A stretch of 64,000 bases of DNA from Octopus sinensis (lineage: Eukaryota): assembly GCF_006345805.1 (NCBI RefSeq), contig NW_021836156.1, positions 1 to 64,000 of the forward strand, given 5' to 3'. Each line of letters opens with the position of its first letter. Position 1 is the first letter of the stretch. The translations under genes and the position numbers were made by a program. This document shows positions 13,650-27,088 of this stretch, piece after piece. A model generated the notes under the pieces. The model did no database searches, was not told the origin of the DNA, and worked only from the letters and a program-made list of their open reading frames with translations.

Positions 13650-14430
13650 AGCGAGCTGGCAGAAACGTTAGCACGCCGGTCGAAATGCTTAGCGGTATTT
13701 CGTCTGCCGTTACGTTCTGAGTTCAAATTCCACCGAGGTCGACTTTGCCTTTCATCTTTTCGGGTCAATTAAATAAGTACCAGTTACACACTGGGGTCGA
13801 TATAATCGACTTAATCCGTTTGTCTGTCCTTGTTTGTCCTCTCTGTGTTTAGCCCCTTGTGGGTAGTAAAGAAATAAGAAACGTTAGCACACCGGGCGAA
13901 ATGCTTTGTGGTATTTCGTCCGCCGTTGCGTTCTGAGTTCAAATTCCACCGAGGTCGACTCTGCCTTTCATCCTTTCGGGGTCGATAAATTAATCACCAG
14001 TTACGCACTGGGGTCGATATAATCGACTTAATCCGTTTGTTTGTCCTTGTTTGTCCTCTCTGTGTTTAGCCCCTTGTGAGTAGTAAAGAAATAGGTATTT
14101 CGTCTGTCTTTATGTTCTGAGTTCAATTTCCGCCGAGGTCGACTTTTCCCTTCATCATTTCGGGGTCAATAAATTAAGTACCAGTTGCGTACTGGGGTCG
14201 TTCTAATCGGCTGGCCTCCTCCCCCAAAATGTAGTGTAGAAAAGAATCGTTAGCACGCCAGGCAAAATACTTAGCGGCATTTTGTTCGTCTTTACGTTCT
14301 GAGTTCAAATGCCGTCGAGGTCGACTTTGTCTTTCATCCATTCCAAGGTAGATAAAATAAGTATCAGTTAAACACTGGGTCGATGTATCGACTAGTCAAC
14401 GCACCAAAAATAAAAAAATTAAAAAATTCT
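13650..14430 (+). mobile_element. Tandem multimer (about 4 units) of SINE family B
   Basis: Body GTATTTCGTC..GTCGACT..CCCCTTGTG..AAAGAAATA repeated head to tail. Confidence 0.9.
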
Positions 14431-14445
14431 GGCCTTGTGAATGAA

Positions 14446-14606
14446 GGCGCAGGAGTGGCTGTCTGGTTGTAGCTTGCTTACTAAACACATGGTTCCGGGT
14501 TCAGTCCTACTGCGTGGCACTTTGAGCAAGTGTCTTCTGCTATAGCCTGGGGCCGACCAAAGCTTTGTGAGTGGATTTGGTAGAGGAAAACTGAAAGAAG
14601 CCCCGT

Positions 14607-14656
<50 letters not shown>

Positions 14657-14875
14657 TATGTGTATGTTTGTGTGTATGTGTTTGTCCCTCCATTATCGCT
14701 TGACAACCAATTTAGGTGTGTTTATGCCCACTCCGTAACTTAGCGGTTCGGTCAAAAAGACAGAGAGAATAAGTAGCAGGCTTATAAAGAATAAGTCTTT
14801 GGGTCGATATGTTTGACTAAAAAGGCGATGCTCCAGTATGACCGCAATCTAATGACTGAAACAAATAAAAGAATA
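14446..14875 (+). mobile_element. SINE family A, full length
   Basis: Head GGCGCAGGAGTGGCTG, internal (TA)n, tail GGCGATGCTCCAG. Confidence 0.9.
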
Positions 14876-14999
14876 AACGGATAGTAGAAAGAATTATTTG
14901 ATATACTTCGAAGGCGGCAGCGGGTATCAGATGATTATAACAACGGTGAAAAAATATCAATTTTATTTATTGATACTTTTGGGCAAGTCGATGTCTCTC

Positions 15000-15778
15000 T
15001 CTTGTTTCAGTCATTTGACTGTGGCCATGCTGCAGCACCACCTTTAGTCGAGCAAATCGACCTCAGGACTTATTCTTTGTGAGCCTAGTACTTATTCTGT
15101 CGGTCTCTTTTACCGAACCGCTAAGTTACGGGGACGTAAACACGCCAGCATCGGTTGTCAAGCGATGTTGGAGACAAACACAGACATACAAACATATTTA
15201 TTTTATTTTTATTTTATTTTTTATTTTATTTAGTTTCAGCACACGAGCTGTGGCCATGCTGGGGCACTGCCATTCGGTGTTGCTACATGATTTTACTTCA
15301 CGAATGCTTTTTAGCAATTGACATTTGGTGTATGAGAGAGTTTGATGCAGCTGTCCTCATCTGCACCTCCTGCCCTAAAGTTGGTTCATCTGGGACACCT
15401 GACAAGAAGAGATCCAGTTTTATTTTAAAGACATCTGCATCCACCCCATGCAGGTCTCTTAGGTTCTTCGGGGGGATATTGAAGAGCTGTGGGCCTCGGA
15501 AGCCCAGGCTATTGAAGTATCTTGTCCTAGATCTTGATGGCAAATTTTGAGTCCTTGGCACTATGCAGTGGCGTCCAGTTCTAGTATTTGTGTAACTCTC
15601 GATGCCACATACATACATATATATACATATATACGACGGGCTTCTTTCAGTTTCCATCTACCATATCCACTCACAAGGCTTTGGTCGGCCTGAGACTATA
15701 GTAGAAGGCACTGGCCCAAGGTACCACGCAGTGGGACTGAACCCGGAACTATGTGGTTCGTAAGCATGCTACTTACCT
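15000..15778 (-). mobile_element. SINE family A split by a CR1 3' fragment (15200-15606, minus strand)
   Basis: SINE 3' half 15000-15195 and 5' half 15607-15778; the insert matches the CR1 3' end; probable TSD ACATACAAACATAT/ACATACATACATAT. Confidence 0.85.
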
Positions 15779-16084
15779 CTCTTACGCCTATGTCTGTCCT
15801 TGTTTGCCCTCTCTGTGTTTAGCCCCTTGTGGGTAGTAATGAAATATATATTATATTATCTGTATTATGAAAATTCAAAATCCTGCCAAAATCCGGTACA
15901 AATTCTCCATGGTTCAAAACGTTTACTTTTTACTCAACCTGATATATATGCGTGTGCGTGTGTGTGTGTGTACTGTGGGATAGAGGGATCTCTCTATATG
16001 TGTAAATCCCAAACGCGCAAATATATATAAGAATGCTTAAAGAGAGAGAAAGTGACGGAGAGAGAGAGAAAGAAAGAAAGTGAT

Positions 16085-16144
<60 letters not shown>

Positions 16145-16641
16145 TCATTGACAAAGAGTGACAAATGAGAACAAATATATGAGGATGTAAGTGGAAAATA
16201 GTTCACGCTCCGGACAAATTCAGAAAACGAGCAACTTCACAAAAGAGACCGTATTTTTTCAGTTTAGAGAGTTTGTTCTATTTATGAATAGAATGATTAA
16301 GGTTATTAACAAAATAAACACAAATGTAATGAAAGTAAAGCGAATGCTTGGTTAAAAGGAAACTCTTCATCAATCGATATAAATAGCGAATGTAAACAGA
16401 TGGAAAATTGTAATGCATTGGTTCTGCCTTGATTTTAAAGAAATGATGGGATGGTGGAGCCAGTAAAAGCCTTGGTTGGCATCAGGATGTCTGGTGAGAA
16501 AATGAATCTGAACCGGAAAAAAATTATGTCGAGAGATCCATGCAGTGATTTGAGTTTCTCCTCTCCATAACAGTTGTATTTGTACTCTCTCGCTCTCTCT
16601 ATGTCAGAGTCAGTATCTTGGACATTCTACTCACACACACA

Positions 16642-16695
<54 letters not shown>

Positions 16696-16950
16696 GCATA
16701 CACACACGAATATATATATATACTTATATGCATAGGTGAGTGTGCATGTGTGTGTCTCTGTGTAAGGGCGTGCATTTAACGATCTACCTATATCTGTATG
16801 TATGTATGTATGTATGTATGTATGTATGTATGTATGTATGTATGTATGTAGGATCTATCTATCTATCTATCTATCTATATCTATCTATATATATATACCT
16901 ACATACATATAACATATTATATATCTATATGTATATATATATGTATATAT

Positions 16951-16993
<43 letters not shown>

Positions 16994-17147
16994 CATGCAT
17001 ACATAGATATACATACATACATACACACTATTGCTAACACTATTGATATATATATGCAATAAACTTGCAAACCAAACACAAAAACGATTTATATATATAT
17101 TTATATATATATAAAATATATGCATAATATAGATATATATGCATATA

Positions 17148-17240
<93 letters not shown>

Positions 17241-17320
17241 TCAGACGAATATGGTACTTAAGTTGAAGCACCAGAATTAGTAAGGTATTATCCATACAAT
17301 TTCAAAATAAGGTGATTAAA

Positions 17321-17722
17321 ATCAAAATAAGCAACAATGATATCGCGAAGTAATGCAGTACGGTCGTTTCAAGCAACTCCATTTAATTGAACAATGTAAT
17401 CATTACATTAATTTAAATGTAGAGCAATCCTCAGCTGCATAAAGATATAGAATTAAATTAAATTAAAGCAGATGGGTGCATTAGTATAATTTTACCTAAA
17501 ATCACCAAGAAGGTAGGGAGATAGACAAAGAACATGCTGCCTTCACTTAAAAATTATACTAATCTGTCCATCTGTTTTTACTTAATTAAATTCTATGTCT
17601 TTATGCAGCTGAGGATTGCTCTGCATATAAATTGATGTAATGATTAAATTGTTCAATTAAATGGAGTTGCTTGATACGATCGTACTGCATTACCTCTGGA
17701 TATCCTTGTTGCTTATTTTGAT
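17321..17722. mobile_element. Foldback/MITE-like element with ~170-bp inverted arms
   Basis: 17321-17493 is complementary to 17549-17722; a partial copy of the arm lies at ~22195-22275. Confidence 0.75.
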
Positions 17723-18018
17723 CATATATACATATGTATAGATATAGATACATATGTATATATAGGTATATATAGATATATATGAAGCATACATATATAT
17801 AAAAAGATATATATATATATATATATATTATTATAGATAGATAGATAGATATATAGATAGATATAGAAATACATATATATATATATAAAGATATATATGT
17901 ATATATATGTATATACAGATATATATCTATATAAACATATACATATATAGATAGATATGTGTATATATGTATATATATATACATACACATATATATCTAT
18001 ACGTATCTGCATACATAT

Positions 18019-18220
18019 TTCTTTTATTTCTTTTACTTGTTTAAGTCAATTGACCGCGTCTATGCTGGAGCACCGCCTTTAGTCGAACAAATTAACCCCA
18101 GGACTAATTATTTGTAAGTCTAGTACATATTCTGTCCGTATCTGTTGCCGAAACGCTAAGTTACGGGGTCGTAAACACACCAGCATCGATTGTCAAGCGA
18201 CAGGGCGGACAAACACAGAC
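18019..18220 (-). mobile_element. 3' half of SINE family A
   Basis: Tail and body match the other family A copies. Confidence 0.8.
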
Positions 18221-18310
18221 ACAAACACACACACACACACACATACACACACACACAAATATACACATATATACATAAATATACATATATATATATACTA
18301 TATATATATC

Positions 18311-18344
<34 letters not shown>

Positions 18345-18362
18345 TCTATATATATATACATA

Positions 18363-19826
18363 TGCTAAAAATTATTGGCCTATCTCTCTGACCTCACACA
18401 TCAGCAAAGTCATGGAACGAATAGTCTGTAAGAAACTAATCATGTTCCTTGAAGAAAATGACCCAGCATGGATTTCGACCAGGTAGAAGCTGCCTAACAC
18501 AGCTCCTGCAACACTATGACTGGGTGTTGAAACAGCTACTAAATGGCTCAAATGTGGATGTAATATACCTCGACTTTTCAAAAGCCTTTGAATAGGACGA
18601 CCATGTATGATCTGTCACAATCTGCGTGGTCTCGGCATAGGCGGAAAACTTGGAGAGTGGCTGCACAACTTCCTAAAAGACAGAAAACAGGCAGTTGTGA
18701 GCAATGGAGCCACCTCCAAGGAAACACAAATAACAAGCGGTGTCCCACAGGATACTGTCTTGGGGCCACTGATGTTCATAGTGGCCCTTTCAGACATGCT
18801 TTCAGTTGCTACGATGACCACCCTTGCTAGCTATGCAGATGACACCAAAGTCTCCCACGCAATACAAAACCCTGAAAATATTGCGCATCTGCAACAGGAG
18901 TTGGACACAATAAACAGGTGGGCTGAGGACAACAATATGCAGTTTAATGCAGGTAAGTTCCAGGCCCTGCGCTACTGGCACACAAAGGCAAACGACGTGC
19001 AGACTGGATACACTGGCCCAGGAAGAATTGCAATCCCTGAGTCAAAATCAGTGCGTGACCTGGGCATTGACATGAGCAATGATGCATCTTTCCAAGTGCA
19101 TATTGCTAATCTGGTGATAAAATGCAGACGGCTAGCTGGATGGATTCTCCGAACTTTCAGAACAAGAGAGAAGGAGACACTGATGGTCCTATGGAAAACA
19201 TTCGTCCTCAGCCGCTTGGACTACTGCTCCCAACTGTGGTCACCACACAATATAAAAGTAACAGCAGAACTCGAAGCAATTCAGAGAAGCTACACAAAGA
19301 AAATCGTCTCAATGCAAAATATCAGCTACTGGGAAAGACTGAAGGTATTAAACCTCTTCTCCCTAAAGCGGAGGCGGGAGAGATATGCGGTGATATACAT
19401 CTGGAAAATCCTGGAGGGTCTTGTCCCAAACTTTGGCATTCAAAGTTACCCCAACCGCAGAAATGGGGCGCCACTGCATGGTGTCATGGATTCCAACATC
19501 ACCATCAAAATACAGGTCCAGATACTGCAACAGCTTGGGTTTCAGAGGACCACAGCTCTTTAACGTCCTCCCTAAATGCCTGAGAGACTTACATGGTGTG
19601 GATGTAGGTTTCTTTAAAACTAAACTGGATCTCTTCTTGTCGGGAGTCCCAGATGAACCTACCTCACGACAGGAGACGCGGATGCGGGCAGCAGCGTTGA
19701 ACTCCCTTGTTGATCAAGTGCCACGTATCAGATGTGGATTCACATATTAGTGTAGCTCATTCAGCGGTGATGCCCCAGCATGGCCGCGGCCTTCGGGCTA
19801 AAACATTTTTAAGGATTTAAGGATTT
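18363..19826 (+). mobile_element. 5'-truncated CR1-clade LINE: reverse transcriptase (frameshifted) plus 3' UTR
   Basis: NYWPISLTSHISKVME, YLDFSKAF, SGVPQDTVLGPLMF, YADDTK, SRLDYCSQLWSP motifs; ends CCAGCATGGCCGCGGCCTTCGGGCTAAAAC(ATTTTTAAGG)(ATTTAAGG). Confidence 0.92.
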
Positions 19827-19859
19827 ATATGTATGTATGTATGTATGTATATATAAATC

Positions 19860-20520
19860 TTTTACTTCTTTCTTTATCTCGCTCCTCCTCTCTCACATTT
19901 CTTCACCTGCTGTCTTTGATCTACCTATTCTTCATCGTTTATCTCCCTTGTACCTTCTCTATGTCCATTTGATTTTCTCTCTCATTCTTGTCTTCCCCTT
20001 AATTCTTTAATCCCTCTGACCCCACCTCTCTCCTTTCCTACTATGTGACCGGTTTTCGATCAAGCATGGTCTTTCTTTCTTGGCACGACTGCCAGACACG
20101 AAGATATCTTATTCCTTTCTCCTGACGTGAATCTCTGATGTTCATCTATGTTCCTGCTTCAAGGCTGTCATTCCACACACGCCAGCCCAACTTGATTCGT
20201 CTCTATTAACCGAAAGATAACTGTTATTATTTTCTTGTTGCTTGTATTTGTAAATGAAGAACATTTTCAGCGAAAATATTTAATGCTCTTAGCTCACATT
20301 TTTGGGTCAGCCAGATTTGAACATTCTCAATTGGAACCGGCCGAAACTATAAGAATAGTCTAGAAACTTGACTGAAGAAAGAAGGCCACGAATGGCCCGT
20401 CCTTATTTTGTCCTATCCGTCTTTATTTTTTTGTTTCTTCGATTCAGTCTTCGTATCGTCTATCTATCTGGATGTTTTATTGCCGTCTGATCTTGTTCTA
20501 TTTTGGGGATTTACACACAC
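19860..20520 (+). mobile_element. Older diverged copy of the Penelope-type non-coding element seen at 25268-26580
   Basis: Shares CCACACACGCCAGC, CCGAAA..GACTGAAGAAAGAA and ATCGTCTATCT..GATGTTTT with that element. Confidence 0.6.
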
Positions 20521-20522
20521 AA

Positions 20523-20624
<102 letters not shown>

Positions 20625-21627
20625 CACATCCGTTTCTTTTTTTCGTTCTTTCTCCATTTTTCCCCTCAATCATTTCGTAAAAGACTTTTCCAAACGTGAA
20701 AGACTTATCCATTCTTCCCTAGCGTTAAACCAATACGCCTGCTTGTTGTTCGTTGACCTATCTTCGTCCTTATCTTCCTGAAAATTTGAACTATATCTGT
20801 GTGTGTGTGTGTGTGTGTTGTGTGTGTGTGTGATAGACTTATACATATCCATTTCCATACCACTACACATAAATCTGCACGACCTCATACCAACATATAT
20901 CAACTACGATAGCAATCACATCAAACTAAACGAACTACATATTAACAAAAGTTGTATTATATTTCAGTGACTGAAAAACCAAACATTGGCGACCATCATA
21001 GACATAAATTTAACAAAGAAGTATTATTCATTACTAATAGTAAAAGAATTGAATTTCGTTAAATAATGTAAACCAATACAAACATACCAATCCTTGACAA
21101 CATGCAAAATGTCTTTTGGAGCAAAACAAAAGAGGACTAGGTTCATATCTTGTTATCTGGGTAATAATCAAACCATTAGATGAATAAATTTGCAATACGT
21201 TCGTTATGACTAACGGGGTTATACAAGAAACATGTACATAGACTAACGTAAAGTAAAGTCTATTATAGAACAAAACTTAAATGAATGTATTTGGTAAAGA
21301 TTAATTGCAGAGAATGAAGCGATATGGCAAAGCTCTTTTTGACGCAGACAACAATACATTTTGGCGTTATGTGTGCGCAAGCGCAGAGATATACACGTGT
21401 AGATAGAAAAAAAACTGCGACAGAAAAGGTGGGAGAAAGACAGAAAGGTGAGAAAGAGAGAAATCCTTTTTTCAAATTTTTGGCCAGGCATTTTAGGGAG
21501 GGGGCTAAGTCGAGTATATGGATCCCAGTCCTCAAGTGGTACTTATTTTATCCACCACGAAATGATGAAAGACAAATTTAACCTCGGCGGAATTTGAACT
21601 TATGATTCTGCCAACTCGCCGTCATGA

Positions 21628-22131
21628 TATATTTTTTAAAATTTTATTTATTTTATTTTTTATTTTATTTAGCTTTAACTCACAAGCTGAGGCCATGCTG
21701 GGGCACCGCCATTTGGTGTTGCTACATGATTTTACTTCACGAATGCTTTTTAGCAAATTCCATCTGGTGCATGAGAGAGTTCGATGCAGCTGCCCTCATC
21801 TGCACCTCCTGCCCTGAAGTTGGTTCATCTGGGACACCTGACAAGAAGAGATCCAGTTTCGTTTTAAAGACATCTGCATCCACCCCATGCAGGTCTCTTA
21901 GGTTCTTCGGGAGGATATTGAAGAGCTGTGGGCCTCGGAAGCCCAGGCTATCACAGTATCTTGTCCTACATCTTGATGGCAAAGTTGGAGTCCTTGGCAC
22001 TATGCAGTGGCGCCCAGTTTTGGCATTTGTGTAACTCTCGATGCCAAAGTTTGGGATAAGTCCTTCTAGGATCTTCCAGATGTATATTATGGCATATCTT
22101 TCTCGCCTACGCTCTAAGGAAAAGAGTCTTA
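21628..22131 (-). mobile_element. 3' fragment of CR1-like LINE
   Basis: Reverse complement reads LFSLERRRERYAIIYIWKILEGL...[10 protein letters not shown], followed by the CCAGCATGGCC tail. Confidence 0.9.
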
Positions 22132-22460
22132 ATCTCTATATATAATCTTTCGTTGTTCGAAAGAATTGATGTTCCATCTATCGTACTTCGTACTTGCATT
22201 GTTCAGTTAAATGGAGTTGCTTGAAACAATCGTACAACATTAACTCTGGATATCCTTGTTGCATATTTTGATTATATACGTATAGATATAAGTATGTACA
22301 TATACGTATGTATATATTCATAAATATATTTTTATATATATTATTTATATTATTATATGATTGAACGCCACGCATCCCCTTCCAAGTACGTTATCTCTCT
22401 CTCTCTCTCTCTCTCTCTTTACACACATATGTATATATATATATATATATAATTATATAT

Positions 22461-22499
<39 letters not shown>

Positions 22500-22732
22500 T
22501 TGGTTTCACATTTTGGCTCAAGGCCAGCAATTTCGGTGGAGATGTAAGTCAATTACATCGACTTCTGTGCCCAACTATTACCTATTTTATTGGACTCCGA
22601 TAGGATGAAAGGCAAAGGAATTTGAACTCAGAGCATAAAGACTGGCGAAATGCCGCTTTGCCTTTTGATCCACATGCTAACGATTCTGCCACAGAGGAGA
22701 GAAATGTTACAATCTTTTAGCTAGTCAAGGGT

Positions 22733-22775
<43 letters not shown>

Positions 22776-23094
22776 TAGTAGTAGTAGTAGTAGTAGTAGT
22801 TTATGGCAGCAAAGCAGTATCCACTCGATCGCATGACCCTGCGAAGAACTGCAGAAAATCAAAAAGCTTACACATATAGTGAAGGCACTTCTCCAGCATG
22901 GCCGCAGTCAAATGCTTGAAACAAGTGAAAGAATAAAAGAATTTTTATTTCTACTTTTGAAACATGGCTCGAAATTTTGGGGGAAGGGCCAGTCGATTTG
23001 ATCGACTCCAGTACGTAGCTGGTACTTAATTTATCAACTCCAAAGGTGAAAGGCAAAGTCGACTCAGAAAGTAAAGACAGACGAAATAACTATT

Positions 23095-23535
23095 TCTTTA
23101 CTACCCACAAGGGACTAAACACAGAGAGGACAAACAAGGACAGACAAACGGATTAAGTCGATTACATTGACCCCAGTGCGTAACTGGTACTTATTTAATC
23201 GAAGGCGGTGAGCTGGCTGAATCGTTAGCACGCCGGGCGAAATGCGTAGCCGTATTTCGTCTGCCGCTACGTTCTGAGTTCAAATTCCGCCGAGGTCGAC
23301 TTTGCCTTTCATCCTTTCGGGGTCGATAAATTAAGTACCAGTTATGCACTGGGGTCGATATAATCGACTTAATCCGTTTGTCTGTCCTTGTTTGTCCTCT
23401 CTGTGTTTAGCCTCTTGTGGGTAGTAAAGAAATAGGTACTTATTTAATCGACCCCGAAAGGATGAAAGGCAAAGTCGACCTCGGCGGAATGTGAACTCAG
23501 AACGTATCGGCGGACGAAATACCGCTAAGCATTTT
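23095..23535. mobile_element. SINE family B (+, 23203-23434) nested in antisense inside another family B copy (-)
   Basis: 17-bp TSD GGTACTTATTTAATCGA at 23186-23202 and 23435-23451. Confidence 0.9.
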
Positions 23536-24032
23536 TCCGGAATATAACAATCGCCACAACATCTTTACGTTAAATAAGGAAAAGTACTCCTTCCGATACA
23601 ACTTCAGAAACAAACAAATAAAAGTTTGGATGGTCACAGCTGGGATTGCTTTTAATCAAAGATGGCTTTTTACTATGTAATCTAAGTTCAACAAGGAGTT
23701 AGATAGAACCAACAAAAATACAGACATCAACAGGCGTAACAATAGCTAAAAGCTAAACATTAGAAAAATAACTTTAAATAATGGAAAGAATTTAACATTT
23801 GATAAAGAACCAAGATGAAAGACTAGCGGGAGCCATGTATAGATATACCTAATTGAATGTAATAAGATGTAACTATTACAAAATGTCGACTTGCGGTGGT
23901 AGGAGAGATAAAGGGAGACAACAACAACAACAATGTATAGAAGAAAAAGTAAAGAGAAAAGAGAGTGGGGAGAGGAGGAGGAAAGATAAAGGATTTTTTT
24001 GTGTCGGGCAAAAAGATGGTGATGGATATCGG

Positions 24033-24077
<45 letters not shown>

Positions 24078-24230
24078 TTGTGTGTGTGTGAATGTGCAGG
24101 GTGGGGATGATACGGCGTCGAATAAATAAACACACACACACATATGTATGTATATATATGTGTGTGTTAATGTATGTATGTATATAGATATAAAAAGTAT
24201 GTGTGTATATGTATGTATTTATATAGATAT

Positions 24231-24262
<32 letters not shown>

Positions 24263-24820
24263 CATACATATACATATATATTTATAGATACATGTATGTA
24301 TATATATGTATATATATACATATATATATATACATATATATAACATATATACGTATATTATATATATATATATCATATGTATATATATATATATTATATA
24401 TACATATATATATTGTTATATATAAATATATATATATTATTATATATATATATATATATATTATATAATATAATCACAAACACAATAATATATGGATATG
24501 CGTATATGCATACAAGTATGTATACATGCAAGCACCTATTGTGTGTATCCGTATATAAATACACATGCAAACGTAGTATTTCTGAACGAGATAGGCTCAA
24601 AAGAAGAATTGAAAGAGAGAGGTCTCAGGGTCAAGATTATAACCTGTAATCATTCAAATGGTGTCTGAGTGTGTGTGTGTGTGCGTGTGTGAATACATAC
24701 ATACATGTATACATATATACTTACACACATGTATATATATATATATATATATACGATATTTTTTCAGAATGAGATAAAAAAACAAGGCTGTGAAGATTTT
24801 AGAACATTTATAAATAGAAG

Positions 24821-24868
24821 GTCTTACAGCTGTTTCCAGGATAATTATTATATCCCTTCATCAGAGAC
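24821..24868 (-). ncRNA. Minimal type I hammerhead ribozyme motif (Penelope-associated variant)
   Basis: Minus strand: GTCT-CTGATGA-A-GGGATA(taataat)TATCCT-G-GAA-ACAGCTGT-A-AGAC; stem I GTCT/AGAC, palindromic stem III, GTA cleavage triplet. Confidence 0.7.
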
Positions 24869-25117
24869 GGTGTTATAAAATAGTTATGCAATAATTTAGA
24901 TAAGATACGAAATAGAGAGTGAAGTGGAGTAATGAAAATAGATGTGAGATATGCATTTGCAGATCCATTATTTAGACAGAATAGTATACATATAAGATTC
25001 CAGTATCTTGTGAGTAAAATCCAATAGTATTTAAAATTGGACATTCCAAGTATAGAGTTTGTATACAGTGCTATTGACTCAAGGTTTTTTTTATTTAAAG
25101 TGGCAAAAGATCCATCC

Positions 25118-25181
<64 letters not shown>

Positions 25182-25267
25182 CTCTCTCTCTCTGTATGTA
25201 TGTATGTATGTATGTATGTATGTATGTATGTATGTATATATATATATATATGTGTGTGTGTATATAT

Positions 25268-26580
25268 GTTGTTAATGTCCTGTTACTTGTATTTGTGTAA
25301 CGTTCACCGTTTCTTTTCCGTCCCTGTTTTCGTATACATTCGCTGCTTTCTTCCAATGAATCTAATGCTCTTAGCGTAGTTTTTCTTTGGGGCTGGCCAG
25401 ATTGGAGCAATCTCGAGTGTAACCAGCCGAAATTGCAAAGATAATCTGGAACTCGACTGAGGAAAGAAAACTCCGAATGACCCAATCTTGTTTTCATTGT
25501 ATCGTCTATCTAGATGTTTTGTTGTCCTTTTTTTGTATCACCTAACTGCCTTGGTCTTTTGAGTTCTAGTCCTATTTTGCATTTGATGTATATATATGTG
25601 ATCTCTTGAGCACCACCAGCAAAAAAATTTTTTTCCTCTGTCTTCCCTTCTCGGGATCTTTCCTTCTCCTTTGTTTCCGACGAAGAGCTCCGCTCGAAAC
25701 GTTAAACCCTCCTTCCCTTCTTTCCCGAACGTCAAATAATACTTTAATTGTTCCACGTCCTCGCGTTGCTGTGTTTTTTTCTGTGTTTTCTTGTTTGGAA
25801 CAATTAAAGTATTATTTGACGTTCGGGAAAGAAGGGAAGGAGGGTTTAACGTTTCGAGCGGAGCTCTTCGTCGGAAACAAAGGAGAAGGAAAGATCCCGA
25901 GAAGGGAAGACAGAGGAAAAAAATATTTTTGCTGGTGGTGCTCAAGAGATCACATATATATATATATATCAAATGCAAAATAGGACTAGAACTCAAAAGA
26001 CCAAGGCAGTTAGGTGATACAAAAAAGGACAACAAAACATCTAGATAGACGATACAATGAAAACAAGATTGGGTCATTCGGAGTTTTCTTTCCTCAGTCG
26101 AGTTCCAGATTATCTTTGCAATTTCGGCTGGTTACACTCGAGATTGCTCCAATCTGGCCAGTCCCAAAGAAAAACTACGCTAAGAGCATTAGATTCATTG
26201 GAAGAAAGCAGCGAATGTATACGAAAACAGGGACGGAAAAGAAACGGTGAACGTTACACAAATACAAGTAACAGGACATTAACAACAGCTGTCTTTCGAC
26301 TAAGGACGAATTAAATTAAGCTGGCGTGTGTGGAAATAAAGCCTTAGGTCAGGGACATAAGATTTGGGAGGGACATAAAATTTGGTAGGCACAGGGAGGA
26401 ATATAGATGTTGCACAGACGATGGCCGACCAAGAAAGAAAGATCTGCCTTGGCCGAACACCGGTCGCGTGGGGAAAGAAGAGAGAGGGGGGGTAGAGGCA
26501 GAGGTACAGAAGAATTAAAGAGGGGCTCGAAAAAATGACAAGGACACAGTGAAGGGAAAAGAGGAGGGAAAGTGAGCAAC
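25268..26580. mobile_element. Penelope-type element end with tail-to-tail inverted duplication (~490-bp arms, 40-bp spacer)
   Basis: 25268-25755 is nearly the exact reverse complement of 25796-26286; each arm carries a hammerhead-like motif. Confidence 0.75.
25673..25707 (+). ncRNA. Minimal hammerhead variant (mirror copy at 25844-25878, minus strand)
   Basis: GTTT-CCGACGA-A-GAGC(tcc)GCTC-GAA-ACGT-T-AAAC; the core has C instead of U4; palindromic ACGT stem III. Confidence 0.55.
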
Positions 26581-26701
26581 ATACACACACACACACACAC
26601 ATACACACACACACACACACATGTATATATATATAATAAATTTTACACTCGTATTTATAAAGTTAAATATTTAAATTCTTCGGCCTGATACTATTATGTT
26701 T

Positions 26702-27088
26702 GGAGGCGCAATGGCCCAGTGGTTAGGGCAGCGGACTCGCGGTCGTGGGATCGCGGCTTCGATTCCCAGACCGGGCGTTGTGAGTGTTTATTGAGCGAAA
26801 ACACCTAAAGCTCCACGAGGCTCCGGCAGGGATGATGGTGATCCCTGCTGTACTCTTTCACCACAACTTTCTCTCACTCTTACTTCCTGTTTCTGTTGTA
26901 CCTTGTATTTCAAGGGGCCGGCCTTGTCACTCTCTGTGTCACGCTGAATATCCCCGAGAACTACGTTAAGGGTGCACGTGTCTGTGGAGTGTTCAGCCAC
27001 TTACACGTTAATTTCACGAGCAGGCTGTTCCGTTGATTCGGATCAACTGGAACCCTCATCGTCGTAACCGACGGAGTGCTTCCATCCC
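26702..27088 (+). mobile_element. tRNA-derived SINE family C, full length
   Basis: Head GGAGGCGCAATGGCCCAGTGGTTAGGGCAGCGGACTCGCGG..TTCGATTCCC; other copies at 38092 and 60909. Confidence 0.9.

Noticed and set aside
13650-14430. CRISPR-like repeat-spacer array
   Set aside because: The units are whole SINE bodies without unique spacers, in a eukaryotic context
25538-26314. Pairs of near-identical ORFs on opposite strands
   Set aside because: They are mirror arms of the palindrome, with no recognisable protein motif
26702-26775. tRNA genes at SINE heads (families A-D)
   Set aside because: The tRNA-like parts continue into SINE bodies and lack a proper acceptor stem
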